NCBI GenBank assembly: GCA_002811645.1
Contig: PDIP01000112.1
Coordinates: forward strand, 5,693-69,692
Direction of reading: 5' to 3'
Length of the DNA stretch: 64,000 nucleotides
Source: Corallochytrium limacisporum Hawaii
Taxonomy: Eukaryota; Protista; Pluriformea
Position 1 is the stretch's first letter. The number at the start of each line of letters is the position of its first letter. The translations under genes and the position numbers were made by a program. This document shows positions 34,773-47,508 of this stretch, piece by piece. The notes beneath the pieces are model-generated. The model did not search any database. It was not told where the DNA came from and saw only the letters and a list, made by a program, of their open reading frames with translations.

Positions 34773-37700
34773 TTTCTTCTAAAAATAGTACGACTTTCTA
34801 TTCCGAATACTCACATCATTATGTCACATTTTCAAACATTGTACCTCATGTAGTGACGATCCCAGGATCGAGAAACATAGACTTCTCTTGACAAGATCAT
34901 GCGCCAACCCACGTCGCCGATCAAACGGCACAATTCCTTTGTTGAACGTTGAATCGCCATCGCTCTGCTTGTACGCCATGTTCCGAAAATACCATTGGCC
35001 AACGATACCACCGTATGGATGTGTATGTCGGCAACAACGGTATGACAGCAAGACCCCATGGACTGCAGTTTCACGCCTTTTCGCGCTCTCATTTCTCCAC
35101 CCCGCAGTGGGCGAAGCCTCCCAAAAACGTCGAATTTCCAAAGATTCAAGTATATTGAAAGGCAAGACGAGAAGGGGTTCCATATCTTCAGTGTCACATA
35201 AGAATTATATATATACGTACTTCTACAAAAATCCGGCAGTAAGCCCAGAGACCAGAATGATACAAGAGTCCGCAAATATAAGTGAATCAATTTACAGGAG
35301 TCTAATTTCAAAGACCTAAGAAGTCATCTTGGCAAGATTACTTAGCGAAAGGGGGCGCCTGGTTACAAGGACCCCACCGTTGCGCAACTTGACCCTCCTC
35401 TTTCGATTTCGGGGGTCCGCAAAAATCGATGGTCGGGTGCCCTTTGCATTCCAGGCTCCCTCTGCCTCTCGGGGAACCTCAGCAGGAAACCAGTGCCGCC
35501 AGTACAGATCAAGGGACAAACATCCAGTCCGCATGCACTCTGACGTTCAAGTGTACGGGAAAAAGACAGTTGCTGTACGTTGGATACGTTGTTGTCCGGG
35601 TGGCGCTAAGCTTATGTTTACCAGTCACCATTGGCTCTTGGTCATTGCCACCCTCTACCCCGCTTCTCAACGCGCGGTTGTTGTCTGGGGCCGAATGGTG
35701 GTGGTGGTGAGTATTAGGAAAGAAAAGAGCGTGAGTACTGTTCTGAGTGAGCACCGGTGGATTCGGAGGCATAAACTGTGAAAGGTTCCGGGGTTCCGCT
35801 GGGTGTGGAGATTCTGTGGCCGGGTCTAATGGGAGGGCCGTCCCAAGTTCTCCATATACAGACAGTCCTGCCACCTCCACAGTTTCTTATATTATATTCT
35901 TCATGATAGCTATCGTAGCCATCATCAGCGGTCCTCAACAACTGCATGCGGACGTGTCAACACAATCCCTGCGAATGTGGTTTGGTCCCTTCCCTAATCA
36001 TCATACCTGGATCGGCTCGACCGCTCCCGGAAGACGCGCAGAGATTCGCCTGCAAGGTACTCTTCCACGCCGACACATCAACTTGGACCATACCCAGTTA
36101 TTGTCCATGACCACGATCTCAAAACAATTGACCTCAAGAAAATCTTGAGATATAGCCTCTCTTGGAACCTAAACAAACGGCTAGCCTGCAAAGTTGGGTT
36201 GCACAATGGTGAGGCAACGGTGTAACAACGGTACATTCACTATAAATATTCATGGTCACATGTTCAAAACGTCAGAATTGAGGTCAGAGTGAAATTCCTA
36301 AATTGTTTAAACTCCTTGTTATGGGGAAATGAATCATATGAGTCCACGCTGTGAATGAGGGCGGGTGCGACTGACGACGCGTCGAAGGTACTCTTTATTC
36401 AAACATTTGCTATTAAATACGTATCACGAGACGTTCGCCATCTGCGTCAAAACCAGTCCAATGAGCACGGCCAAAGAATGGACTGGGGGTATGGCCGAGA
36501 AATTCGTAAACGCGAACCCATGTGCAAGCAGCTCCAAAGCAGGAATAAACGAAAAGGTATTGCGATGAGAGCACGCGAGTCGTTCCGCCGCCTACGCCGG
36601 CCATCCAGTCACATCTCCCCGGCATCAGCACAGTCATGCAGTACCCCCGATAGGCGGAAAATGCAACATGGTCATCCTAGTATGGCTAGACATAGAGTCT
36701 GGAGCGCATCTTGATATCGTACTGCTTCGATTGTGTTAATTTGTAGGCTTGCTCTTGATCTCATGTACCTGGGTATGCGAGCCCGATGTTGTGCGTGTCT
36801 TGCGACGATTTCTACAACGATGGCATCAGTACGGAGGTCAGTAGTTGACTAAATGGTTTGGTAATTCCCTCAGCGGAGTTCGCTTATTAGACTGGTGTAC
36901 CTGATCGACAAAAGTCGCGCAGTGCTTTTTTCAGGGAACCGCGGGCCAATACTGCGCCGCTTTGCAACAGCTCTCCTCTCGAGTTTGATCCGTCTCATTC
37001 GTCGCGACCTACTGAACGTACCTAGCCACTTTCGAGCACTCCAGCCGAGAAGAGCCAGATCTGTCGCCACAGACAGCGCTCAATCTACTGCAGCAACTGC
37101 GGGTTTTCTGCCGGGGCGGGCTCGTCACAGCACCCAAGTACGGCTTGTTTATTTGCCCCACAGATTTTGCTCGCCTATGTGTTGTGCTCTCATGCGGCCC
37201 CCAATTATTGTACAACAATGTGGACAGCGGTAATGGCGGACAGTACGGAAATGTAAATGTAAACCCAAATATTTATATAGTCCGTATATGTATATAGAAT
37301 TTCAATACTGTGTACATATAATTATGCACAATATATAGTGTATCCGTATATCTTCCAGATAAGCCATTTCATCGGATCATTCCCATCTTCCTCCCTACCG
37401 GAGAAACTGAAGAAAAAAAAATAATGGCCGAGAAAAGAAAAACTCACGCGAAGAAGAGCTCGAAAGGAATGTGTATACTAGAGAGTACCATACTTCAATC
37501 AACGACGACGATACCTCCCCTGAAACCTTAAGAATTGGGTTTCGATACCCTGTGTGAAAGAGTAACATATTTAGTTCGCACAATATGCCCACTCTATCAA
37601 TTCCTTTTTCCTCATTCTTACGTGCTTACAAAGAGAAGATTTTATTTTTGCGCCGTTCTGCGGGCAAGTCTACGGTGAGACGGGGAGTCGCAGGAATGAG

Positions 37701-38938
37701 GAGTCTGGACACGGGCCCGGAAAATTGCCGACAGAACGTGCATGCATTAAGCTCCAGTTCAGAACATATGGAGAGCCACAAGTGTCGATGTGGAAGGTTG
37801 AACAATGGTTCCCAAATCTGTACCTTTAGGGGCATAAACACGGCAAAAGGCCGGTGGTGTCTGTATCAAACCACCAGTGGGCTATGGTGGTGCTACGCAT
37901 ATATTCACTATAGAAAACTTTGAAAAGGTAAAAAGGGCCTGGTGGATCGCCAGCTGACACCGTTTGTCCGAAGGACCCGAGGTACCTTCCGGGCAGACGG
38001 AGCTGATATGAGCGCAATCCGCGGCACATCGAACTCGATACATGCTTACCGAGAACAGGCCCTAAAACTAACCAGAATAAACAATAGTACAGGTGTCACG
38101 GAAAATGGTTAGTGGGTTTAAACCCACCGGAATGGACCACAGCGGTCACCCACGCACTTGCGTAAACCGAAAGAAAGTTGAACCGCGCCTTCCGTCTTGC
38201 TACATACCCTCAGAGGACAAATAACACAGCTGGGACGATGGACTGCTGCGAGAGCTGTAGGTGCCGCAAGGGGCGGGCTTGTGTTGTCTCGCCGAGGATT
38301 GGTTCGGATGGTGTGGGTGAGAAAACGGTTTCACGATGAGACACACAGACAAGAACGGAAGTAAATACAAAACCTACCGCGGCAGAATGCATTAGGAGAT
38401 TTTTTTTTCTGACTGAGGTACTGTAGAAGAAGCAGCGCCAGGGGAAAAGGCGGAGAAAAGTCCGGCTGGGGCGGGGGAAAAGGGGAAGGCTGGTAGGCGA
38501 GGTAGGAAGATGGTGTTGAGCTTGTGCTTATATTCCTCCTCCCAAGTTTTTTATACTTATTATATTGAAACTAATTTGGCAGACCACTAAGAGGCGCAGA
38601 AATTGTTGTGGGCGATCGCTCTTCGAGTCCGAGTGTCTGCAAATGTCCCCTGCCGTCGGTTTGTCGTGTGCGCAGATCACCGGAGTAGTTTGGCGCTCTT
38701 CACACTTGGGTTGCTATCGTCATTAGGACAAATAGGGAAGAGTAAGCGGTTTGCATGTTATGACTCATATCATGCCACGGTCGCCGGTGACGAACAGCAC
38801 AAATCTGAAGATCGGGAATGGTATTTAATGAAACCGTGTTATGATCCATTCTCTGCAGGTAGGTCGGAAATCAAGCTCAAAAATTTTGATAGCAAGGTGT
38901 ACAGCATAGTGCACTAGAAAAATACAGCTACCATCAAC

Positions 38939-39802
38939 ATGTCTGCTGCCGCCGTCGATTACACCTGGGCCCAGACCCAGTACCAGGCCATGCGCGACTA
39001 CTTCAACGATGACTCTGCGATGTTTAGCATTGTGTTGGTTGCGATTATTCACAGCCTGGTGTGGGGCTATGGACTGCTTAACTTGTACATGATTCACAAC
39101 AAGTGGATGTGGCAGTACCGCATTCAGGGTGAGAAGCTTCCCAAGTGGGAACTCATCCGAGACGCGATGATCCACTCAGCCATCAGCCACTCACTGGCTG
39201 CCCCGGTCTTCAGCTACATCCTGTTCCCCCTGTACGCCCATGAGGACAATTACGATGTCCGCTTCTCCGCTGAGGCCATGCCTTCTCTGTTCACCATGTT
39301 CTGGCAGGTTTGGGTCTTCATCTTCATTGAGGACACCCTCTTCTACTGGGGCCACCGTTGGTTCCACAGCCACCCAACTATCTACAAGATCATGCACAAG
39401 ACTCACCACAAGTTCCACATTCCTTGCTCCATCGGTGCTGAGTACGCCACCCCTTGGGAGAACCTTTTCGCCAACGTTGCACCTATGTATGTTGGACCCA
39501 TGTTTATCCCGTCACACTTTGTGACTCTCATGGTCTGGAACGCTGTGCGTCTCGGAAAGGCCATGGATGCTCACTCTGGCTATTCCTTCCCCTGGTCTCC
39601 TTCCCAGTGGGCTCCCGGCATCTTCAACACTGTCAATCGTCACGACTACCACCACAGTCAGAACAAGGGTTGCTTCGCCTCCTTCCTGACCTTCTGGGAT
39701 CGTTTGTGCGGCACTGATGAGACCTACCGCCAATGGAGTAATCGCAAGGCCCTGGAGGCTAAGGCTAAGGCCAAGGCCAAAGCCATTGAGAAGGAAGACT
39801 AG
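38939..39802 (+). CDS. Sterol desaturase / C4-methylsterol oxidase (ERG25/MSMO1-like)
   Basis: EDTLFYWGHRWFH, HKTHHKF, AEYATPWE, DAHSGYSFPWSP, HDYHH. Confidence 0.9.
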   Translation: MSAAAVDYTWAQTQYQAMRDYFNDDSAMFSIVLVAIIHSLVWGYGLLNLYMIHNKWMWQYRIQGEKLPKWELIRDAMIHSAISHSLAAPVFSYILFPLYAHEDNYDVRFSAEAMPSLFTMFWQVWVFIFIEDTLFYWGHRWFHSHPTIYKIMHKTHHKFHIPCSIGAEYATPWENLFANVAPMYVGPMFIPSHFVTLMVWNAVRLGKAMDAHSGYSFPWSPSQWAPGIFNTVNRHDYHHSQNKGCFASFLTFWDRLCGTDETYRQWSNRKALEAKAKAKAKAIEKED

Positions 39803-41310
39803 ATCCAACACATAGTTATCCACATTCTGTTGAGAATGCTGGTACGTTCTCATGTAGCAAACTCACACCCATAGCAGTGTACCAATGATCCTTTTCACCG
39901 CATCGGCGTAGTCCTTTCAAACAATTCACTATTCTAAACACCGTTCGTCATTATTGTTAATCATCATTAAAGAAAGCAGAGTGATCTGTTTCTACACATA
40001 ACTTTAACAGTGTCTGAAGATTTGTATTTGACCTGACGCAGCCAATAGTCCGTCTTCCCTATATCTGCATGTGGCATCACCCTAACAAAGGACAAGCCGG
40101 TCAGTGTCGCTCAGCACATCTACTGTGCTAAGTGTGATTACGTAAGAGCCAAGGGGACCCAGTGAGCGGTTCACGCTGCATCGTTATAGGGGGAGAGCAC
40201 CTACGTATTCCATCCCAACCGGAAACACACTTGATTTATAATCAACAAATCAAACTCCTGAACTTAGTTTATGATATATGTATACTGACTATTATGAAAT
40301 TTCAAAGACTTTATTGGGATCCCCATTCCGGGAAGGAACCAGAAAAGGGCAGAAGGGCGGGGACGACGTGAGGAGGCCAACGAAGGTGGTCCTCAGAGCT
40401 CGGGAGGGCGATTTTTGGGTGGCAAGCACGGGACAAGGAGCGACAGGGTCCGAATCGGATTGTCAAAATTATGAGTTGTTTCACTATTCCAGCCGTATCC
40501 CAGGAAAATTTTCTTCCCTGAATGAGGGTCAAGTAATGAAAAAAAGTGTGACACATTAAGGACAGGAATTAATGGGACTCCAAACTCTTTTACAGTCCCG
40601 TCGAATTTCAATCATACATTTGCTACCAACCGGGCGGAGCTTTTTTTTCACTGCTCTTCCCTACCAGCGGCCACCGCATAGCCCTGCCCTTCACAGTTCT
40701 AGCCTAGCCTGCCCTCACCCACCCACCCCTGGCCCGGTCCCCTCCCGGGAAGGGGAGGTTCTTGCGGCTCATCCGTGTTTCTCTCGGTATAAGGCCCGGA
40801 CCGGGCTGCGCGTGGTGAGGCTGGGGCAAGGGCTTTTTTCCCGGCCCGCTCCCCTTTCCCTTAGACTCCGCTGTGGTTCGGAGGGTGGGTAGGGAGACAC
40901 CGCTACTGCCTTCTGCGGCGCTTCGGCGGCTGAGGTCTCAAGACCAGGAACTCGTGATCATCGTTTCGTCCTGAGTGCTTTGCTGGAGATTCGGGGACGG
41001 TGGCCGTTAGTTCTCCAAAAGACTAAAGTGATCGGCGCAAAGCATTTGAAAAAAAGGGACGCATATTCTGCGCTCTGGTATGCGTAATTGACTAGTAGGA
41101 ACCGGCTTCAAATGAGACTTGTCATACGGATTGATCAGCAAAAGGTATATCCGAATCCAGGCTTGTTGATGGAGTGAGATTCAAGATCAATTACGCCTGA
41201 TATTTCGAAATGGAAAAAACGCAGATACTTCTATTGCCTGACAGTAGAGAACTAGTGACAATATGGTAGGATAAAAGGGATCGGCCTGAAACAGGGCGTC
41301 AGTAGCCGAT

Positions 41311-44300
41311 ATGACTGAGAAAGTAGAGCGACCGGACTTCTCCGAATGGGAGAGCCCGGTAGAAGGCGTCCGGGACGCCCCGGTGTTCCACCCGACACCC
41401 GAAGAGTTTGACGGTGGGGCTCTTGCATACATTGAGAAGATTAAACCGATTGTAGAACAGTACGGCATTTGCAAGATTATTCCACCTGCCGGTTGGAAAC
41501 CGCCTTTCCAGATGCCTCGGACTCAGTTCGAATTCATGACGCGGCAGCAGACATTGTGGGAGATGGGTGCTAAGAATCGAGTGGCCATGAACTTTATTGA
41601 ACGGTTGCATGAGTTCCACGAGCTTCGGGGGACCCCGATCCGCGGCGACGGAGTATGGGTTAGGGGGGAACCGTTGAACTTTTACAAACTCCGAGAAATT
41701 GTTGTAGAAGGCGAAGGTGGCGAGGACGTTGTCACGGAACAGAAACGCTGGACTGAAGTTGGACGGCGCCTTTTTGGAGATATGATGGTGGGAAACGAAC
41801 CGAGTTTAGGTGCTATTGTACGTAAGCACTACGAACGGTACATTTCGCCGTACGAAGCAATGGTCGGCGGGAAGACGGAGGATGAGGAGCAACAAAAGAA
41901 ACGCCATACACGAGCCCAGGAACGCCGCATGGCAGACGTTAACGATCCCAATTTCGACGGATGTCAGATTTGTAGTGAGCTGGACAACCCAGAGACCATC
42001 TTGCTGTGTGATAAATGTGATAAGGGATTCCACATGGCGTGCGTGGACCCTCCATTGACCCGGGTCCCAAAGGGGGACTGGTTCTGTCCAGGGTGCATCA
42101 AAAAGGACTTCAGCAAGACACCTGTAGCATATGGTTTTGAACCGGGCACAAAGTACACAATCAGAGATTTTCAGGTCCATGCCGATAAACAGAAGAAAGA
42201 AATTTTGGCGCTCTTTGGTGTGCCCCGCAACGAAGCACTTGATATCAGCTGCGAGGATATGGAAAAAGTCTTCTGGAAAGCTGTACAGGATGACACCTAC
42301 GACGTTACCGTTGAGTATGGTGCGGACATTCATTGCTCTCTGTATGGTAGTGGCATGCCCATGCAGCATCGGAAGAAACCAAAGTGGTACCCGCACTCCC
42401 AGGAACGGTGGGAGGAACGATGTGAACGAGAACGGAAGCTTGTGGCGTACACTGAGCTCTTTGCAGCCAACGGAAAACCGCGGGGGGGATCACAGGAAAA
42501 TGTAAGCAGTGGCACTAATCTGAACAATGGGGGCACAAACACATTGGACCTGAAGGTACCAATTGAACAATGGTTGGGTCAAAGCAACGCCAAGCAAGAA
42601 GATGATTTACACATGGACACGTCGATATTGCCGGATGCAGGCATTGTACCTGAGGGGTTCGTGGAGCCGTGTTCCTACGTCAATCATCCCTTCAATGTAA
42701 ATAACATAGCTGTCCTGCGTGACAGCCTGATCCGCTACGTTGGCCACGACATTTCCGGGATGACCATTCCCTGGTTGTATTGCGGTATGGGATTTTCCTC
42801 GTTTTGCTGGCACAACGAGGATCACTACTCCTACTCCATCAATTACAACCACATGGGATCCCCGAAGACGTGGTATGGCATTCCAGGACCGGCAGCAGAG
42901 CAGTTTGAGGACGCCCTCAGATCACTAGCACCCGAACTTTTCCGAGATCATCCTGACCTGCTGCAGCACTTGGTGACCTTAGCTTCACCGAAAGAACTGA
43001 TTGCGCAGGGAGTGCCGATTTGCCGGACAGACCAGCACGAGGGTGAGATTGTTTTGACGTTCCCTGCATCTTACCACGCGGGCTTCAACCAGGGCTTCAA
43101 CGTTGCTGAGGCATCAAACTTTACGCCCGCTGACTGGCTTCCTTGGGGACGTAAAAGTGTGAAGAGCTATCGCAGTCTGCACCGTCCGGCTGTGTTCAGC
43201 CATGATCAGCTGGTCCTCTCTGTGGTGGCCCGCATGCTAACAGAACATCGCAAACACAGTCTTATCAAGCAAGAAGTATCGGATGATGGAGTGCCGCAGC
43301 TGGACTACTACCATGCTGCATCACCGAAGATCACAGACGCACCTCGTGATCTGAATGCCTTTGACTACCGCATGGCCACGTTCCTCCACGAAGACATGAC
43401 GGAAATGATTAAGGAAATGACAGAAGACTATCAGCACTTGCACAGCCTAAGAGGTATTGACATGCGGGAGGACGGTGACGTGCTCAGCCTACATGTTGAT
43501 GATCGGACTTGCAAGATTTGCAAAGGTATTACTTATACCACCTTAGGCATTCGGTCCAAGCCTCGGAAAAGGAAGGACGAAAACAATGAAGAGGACCACA
43601 GCGACGAGGAGGCTGATGACGCCAGGATCGATTCCGATGACGAGGATTATCCCATAATGGTCAGAGGGGGTATGCGCTCTGTCCAGAGGCTGAAGCGTGC
43701 ACCATCGGCAGCAAAGTCTGAGAACAGTCTCGCTGATCTGAAGCCAATGATTGAGGAGGAGAAACTGCAGGACATGCTTCTGCGGGAAGATTGCCAAACA
43801 TTATGTCTTCCATGCATCATTCAAGTCAAGGAGGCTGAGCATGCCAGCAACGAGGAGCCCGTCCCGATAATCTTCTTCGAGGGCATAGAGATCGACAAGA
43901 TCCGTCGCATGCATAGCGCACTGAAGCACTGCATGACTGAAGTGAAGCAGTTGCATGATAGCACATGTCGTGGTCTAGGTCTGCAGGTCCTTCCAGATTC
44001 TGATGGTCAAATTCTTTCAACAAAGCAGATGACTGCTCTCCATTGGGACGACGTAACATCATTCTGCAAACTGTTGCCGAAGGAGTGGTTGTTGCCTAGG
44101 TACGTTGCTCAGGGCCGGACAATCCTGCGGACATGGATTGGGGAAGCTAAGAAGGTGCTTGGCAAGCAACAATGGAACAATACCCGGGAATTTAAGAGGG
44201 CCTTGGACAATGTCTTTAGTCATCTGGAGAAAATTTCGCCCATTAAGATTCCCCGTTTCAATCACTTGGCGAGCCTATCGGTTGACCTCACGGATCCTTT

Positions 44301-46512
44301 GCCCAAATATGCATTCGAACTCGCAAACCACGTGTCAGCATTAGAAGAATCTGCAAGAGTGTTGGAGAACATTGAGATCACCACAAAATTCTGGGACGAT
44401 CTGCGCCGTCCGTGGAATGACAAAGCAGTCACAGAGGTGGTGGATGCCATCCGTGACACCCTGAGGGAGCTCGAGCCCTTCACTTTTCAAGAAGAGCGAG
44501 AAGCCCTTCGCACTCTTGAACAGAACAATCGGCTGCGTCGCGTTGTTGATGACATTGGTCTCATGGAGGGCTGTGAGGATATCCTCGGCGGCGACGAACC
44601 GATTGAAGTCAGCGGATGGGACACCAAGGCACCCCATGTCGTGATCTCTCTGCATCAGCAGCTCCTTGACCTTCTCGGCCCTCGTCATGTGGTAGTTCAG
44701 CGCTTGACACACTGTCTCGCTGTCATGCAGAGTTGGATCACCGAGTACGAGCGCATCTTGGATATTGAGGGCAGTAACCTACTGGCCAAGACCGACTTGA
44801 AGGGTCAGACGCTCCGCGACACAGATGACAAGTGTGAGGCCATGCAGCAGGGAGAATCCGAAGATGATCTGGAGTACGCAATGCGTGTCTATCAGGCCGC
44901 TGACATCCCAGACCATCCTGACCTCCATTTTATCAATTTGGCAGCCGAGAAACGCAAACTTGACCGCCGGATCACAGATCTTAAGGTCCAGTACGAGTCT
45001 GTGGAAAAATTGCTGAAGCCGAAGGGTCGCTGGGATCTGGAGCTACAGCTGAATCTCCTCCGCGAACTGCCACCTCACTCAAGTGCAGCACGGCACATGG
45101 TACGGACCATTGGGCCCGTGGCCGAAGGGCTGTTGCATATTAAGACCATGTTCTTTGGCAATACCGCTGAGGATGAGGACATAGACTACGACCCCAAGCC
45201 AGCGGGCACTAATCCCGGGACCAAAGTCCGTGGACGCAGAGCTTCGCACCGGGGTAGCTCAAAAAGGCGAAAGACCAGCAGTAGCGGGAATGCGGTAGCT
45301 ACTGAGTCTACCGAGGACGCAAACGAGCCAAAGGCGCAGCCAGAGATGCTGCGTTGGCAGTCCCTGATCAAACGTGCTGCATCGCTCATGTCGCACTCTA
45401 CAAAGCCTGTCAAGCAGCTTCTGGCCTGGATTGAACCGCTGAAGGCGGACTGGATCCGGAAGGAGCAGGCCAGGAATGAAAAGCGCGGTGAAGAGACCAA
45501 CCGCTACTGTTACTGCGACCGTGAGCACAAAGAAGGCGTTGCATCTGTGCAATGTGTGCAGTGCCACTGCTGGCTTCACGCGCGATGCACTGGTCTCCGC
45601 AGTGTCGAAGATCTCGACCCCGAGGACTTCTTTGTTTGTCGCCACTGCACACGGACTCAGAGGCCCGCCTACGAGGCCCTGCGAGCTGAGGTGGAACGTT
45701 TGAATGACCTCAGCGGAAATGGTGCCGGCATGACATCTGCTTTCTACGACCGTGTTGTGGATTTGCTCGAGGATTGCGAGGACTGGCGCGAACAGGCCAA
45801 AGAGGCCCTGACCGAGCACAGCCCTCACAACGATCCCAAGACATGCGGTTGCGTGGAACAGACCATCGAACCTCTGCTCACTGCAGCGAGTGGACTGGAG
45901 GTGAAGCTTCCAGAAACGAAGGATCTGCTTGCTGTCCTGGAAGAACAAGAAGCGGAAGACGAGGAAGAAGAGCTGGACGACGACAATGATGCGCAGGAGG
46001 ATGTGATTATCCAGACCAATGGCCTCGTGAGTCGTGCAAGCACCACCGCCAGCGACACGCCTCGCGACATATGTAATGGTTGTAACCGTGAGGAACCGCC
46101 TAAGTCGAAAGTGACAAAGAAAATCCTTTGGACCGCCTGTGCGCAGCCGACCTGCGGGGCGTGGTACCACAATGTCTGCCTAACCGACCACGGGCACATT
46201 ACAGCAACCAAGGAGTTCTACTGTACAGACTGCTGGCGGGTCATGCAACAGCTACACGTAAGTAACACGACTCGCCAACAAATGGATGACATAATGATGA
46301 TTGCTAGCGATGAACCGGCACTGCCGTCTGCCTCCTTGTCACGTCCCGCAGCGGCACGATCTGCTCTGCGTGCGGAACGGATGGAATCGGAACCGGATGA
46401 GAAACCTGACGGTGACCGAGAAGCAGCAGTGGAGGCAGGGCGCCCGTTGTCCACCGCTGCAAGAGCCTCCAATGCTGCCGCTGCCGTGCTGTCCTCTCTG
46501 TTCTTTCGGTGA
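41311..46512 (+). CDS. KDM5: KDM5/JARID1 H3K4 demethylase (JmjN-ARID-PHD-JmjC-zf-PLU1-PHD-PHD)
   Basis: APVFHPTPEEF..YGICKIIPP; ARID; PHD (LLCDKCDKGFHMAC); JmjC (FCWHNEDHY, YHAGFNQG); two C-terminal PHD fingers. Confidence 0.95.
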   Translation: MTEKVERPDFSEWESPVEGVRDAPVFHPTPEEFDGGALAYIEKIKPIVEQYGICKIIPPAGWKPPFQMPRTQFEFMTRQQTLWEMGAKNRVAMNFIERLHEFHELRGTPIRGDGVWVRGEPLNFYKLREIVVEGEGGEDVVTEQKRWTEVGRRLFGDMMVGNEPSLGAIVRKHYERYISPYEAMVGGKTEDEEQQKKRHTRAQERRMADVNDPNFDGCQICSELDNPETILLCDKCDKGFHMACVDPPLTRVPKGDWFCPGCIKKDFSKTPVAYGFEPGTKYTIRDFQVHADKQKKEILALFGVPRNEALDISCEDMEKVFWKAVQDDTYDVTVEYGADIHCSLYGSGMPMQHRKKPKWYPHSQERWEERCERERKLVAYTELFAANGKPRGGSQENVSSGTNLNNGGTNTLDLKVPIEQWLGQSNAKQEDDLHMDTSILPDAGIVPEGFVEPCSYVNHPFNVNNIAVLRDSLIRYVGHDISGMTIPWLYCGMGFSSFCWHNEDHYSYSINYNHMGSPKTWYGIPGPAAEQFEDALRSLAPELFRDHPDLLQHLVTLASPKELIAQGVPICRTDQHEGEIVLTFPASYHAGFNQGFNVAEASNFTPADWLPWGRKSVKSYRSLHRPAVFSHDQLVLSVVARMLTEHRKHSLIKQEVSDDGVPQLDYYHAASPKITDAPRDLNAFDYRMATFLHEDMTEMIKEMTEDYQHLHSLRGIDMREDGDVLSLHVDDRTCKICKGITYTTLGIRSKPRKRKDENNEEDHSDEEADDARIDSDDEDYPIMVRGGMRSVQRLKRAPSAAKSENSLADLKPMIEEEKLQDMLLREDCQTLCLPCIIQVKEAEHASNEEPVPIIFFEGIEIDKIRRMHSALKHCMTEVKQLHDSTCRGLGLQVLPDSDGQILSTKQMTALHWDDVTSFCKLLPKEWLLPRYVAQGRTILRTWIGEAKKVLGKQQWNNTREFKRALDNVFSHLEKISPIKIPRFNHLASLSVDLTDPLPKYAFELANHVSALEESARVLENIEITTKFWDDLRRPWNDKAVTEVVDAIRDTLRELEPFTFQEEREALRTLEQNNRLRRVVDDIGLMEGCEDILGGDEPIEVSGWDTKAPHVVISLHQQLLDLLGPRHVVVQRLTHCLAVMQSWITEYERILDIEGSNLLAKTDLKGQTLRDTDDKCEAMQQGESEDDLEYAMRVYQAADIPDHPDLHFINLAAEKRKLDRRITDLKVQYESVEKLLKPKGRWDLELQLNLLRELPPHSSAARHMVRTIGPVAEGLLHIKTMFFGNTAEDEDIDYDPKPAGTNPGTKVRGRRASHRGSSKRRKTSSSGNAVATESTEDANEPKAQPEMLRWQSLIKRAASLMSHSTKPVKQLLAWIEPLKADWIRKEQARNEKRGEETNRYCYCDREHKEGVASVQCVQCHCWLHARCTGLRSVEDLDPEDFFVCRHCTRTQRPAYEALRAEVERLNDLSGNGAGMTSAFYDRVVDLLEDCEDWREQAKEALTEHSPHNDPKTCGCVEQTIEPLLTAASGLEVKLPETKDLLAVLEEQEAEDEEEELDDDNDAQEDVIIQTNGLVSRASTTASDTPRDICNGCNREEPPKSKVTKKILWTACAQPTCGAWYHNVCLTDHGHITATKEFYCTDCWRVMQQLHVSNTTRQQMDDIMMIASDEPALPSASLSRPAAARSALRAERMESEPDEKPDGDREAAVEAGRPLSTAARASNAAAAVLSSLFFR

Positions 46513-46640
46513 TTCAGCCGTCCCCATGAATGGGTGAGAAATATTTATGATAGAGATGAATAAGTATTACACATGTGTTTTCGTTGGATGAAATATGTTT
46601 CGATTCTATTATGCCTTTTTTCGTTACTGACTTGGACGAA

Positions 46641-47033
46641 CTATTTCTCCAGGGAATCCTCTGGCAGACGCATATCGGGAATACCACTTCGTACGCGGAA
46701 CTCCAGACCACAACCAGGGCAGACCAGTTCACCCTCTACCATTTCGACTTCCATGAGCAGGTGGTGCAGGGTCTGTTGTTCCGATGCATTTAGCTGCCCA
46801 AATTCGTCCGGGGCCGTCGCCGGCAAGTCACCCTCGATCCCCAGGGCTTCCTTGGCGTGAAGTAATCCGGTCCAATCGATACGGTGAAACATGCGCTCCA
46901 GGAATTCGGGGTTGAAGTCCCGTTCGCTCTCCTGTTTTGCGTCACGGGATGTACTGACCTTGATTTGCAGAGGGTACCCCTGTTTGCAACCCTTGACATG
47001 GCACTGCAGCATGTTGTGTGTGATGACCCGCAT
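46641..47033 (-). CDS. TRMT112: Methyltransferase activator Trm112 (130 aa)
   Basis: MRVITHNMLQCHVKGC..GYPL..FNPEFL..LHHLLMEVEMVEGELVCPGCG..GIPDM; ATG at 47033. Confidence 0.93.
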   Translation of the reverse strand: MRVITHNMLQCHVKGCKQGYPLQIKVSTSRDAKQESERDFNPEFLERMFHRIDWTGLLHAKEALGIEGDLPATAPDEFGQLNASEQQTLHHLLMEVEMVEGELVCPGCGLEFRVRSGIPDMRLPEDSLEK

Positions 47034-47508
47034 GGTGGCACGATTTCTTTCCGCGTTTGGGGCTATTTCTCTTCCCGGTGAATGTTCAGAAAAACTACGC
47101 AACCGTGGTTTCGATTCTCTCAGGTGTTATACTTGTACACTTGGCTTTTTCGAACACCTTTCACAGGTTTGACATCTCTCACTCTCTCTCTCTCTCTCTG
47201 TGAGCATACAGCACTCCTCGTTTTGAGACCATTACTACCTCGAATACCCGGATCAAATTCGTCTTTCTTGTCGTGTGATGCTGAAAATATGCTTAAAATT
47301 TTCAATGGCGCACAATACTCAACACCATTTCGTGTGTAATTCAGCGTATACACCACACTCTCTCTCTCGCTCTCATTGCCGTGGCTGCAACGGCCCCTGG
47401 CCGCACCATACGGCACCCCCTTGGGCAGCCACACACTCGCACCCACACGCACTGGCCCACGCACCCGCAAGCTGCCCTCCCGGCACTTACACCCCTCTCC
47501 TCCCCCCC

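Noticed and set aside
38092-38140. T-arm-like hairpin GTGGGTTTAAACCCAC as a tRNA
   Set aside because: No anticodon arm or acceptor stem can be built.
34800-38900. Many short ORFs in the 4-kb divergent spacer
   Set aside because: No recognisable domain or consistent frame; small or decayed genes cannot be excluded.
45259-46170. Long antisense ORFs (also 60103-60816, 52156-52758, 41806-42396)
   Set aside because: Shadows of well-supported genes on the opposite strand, with no motifs.
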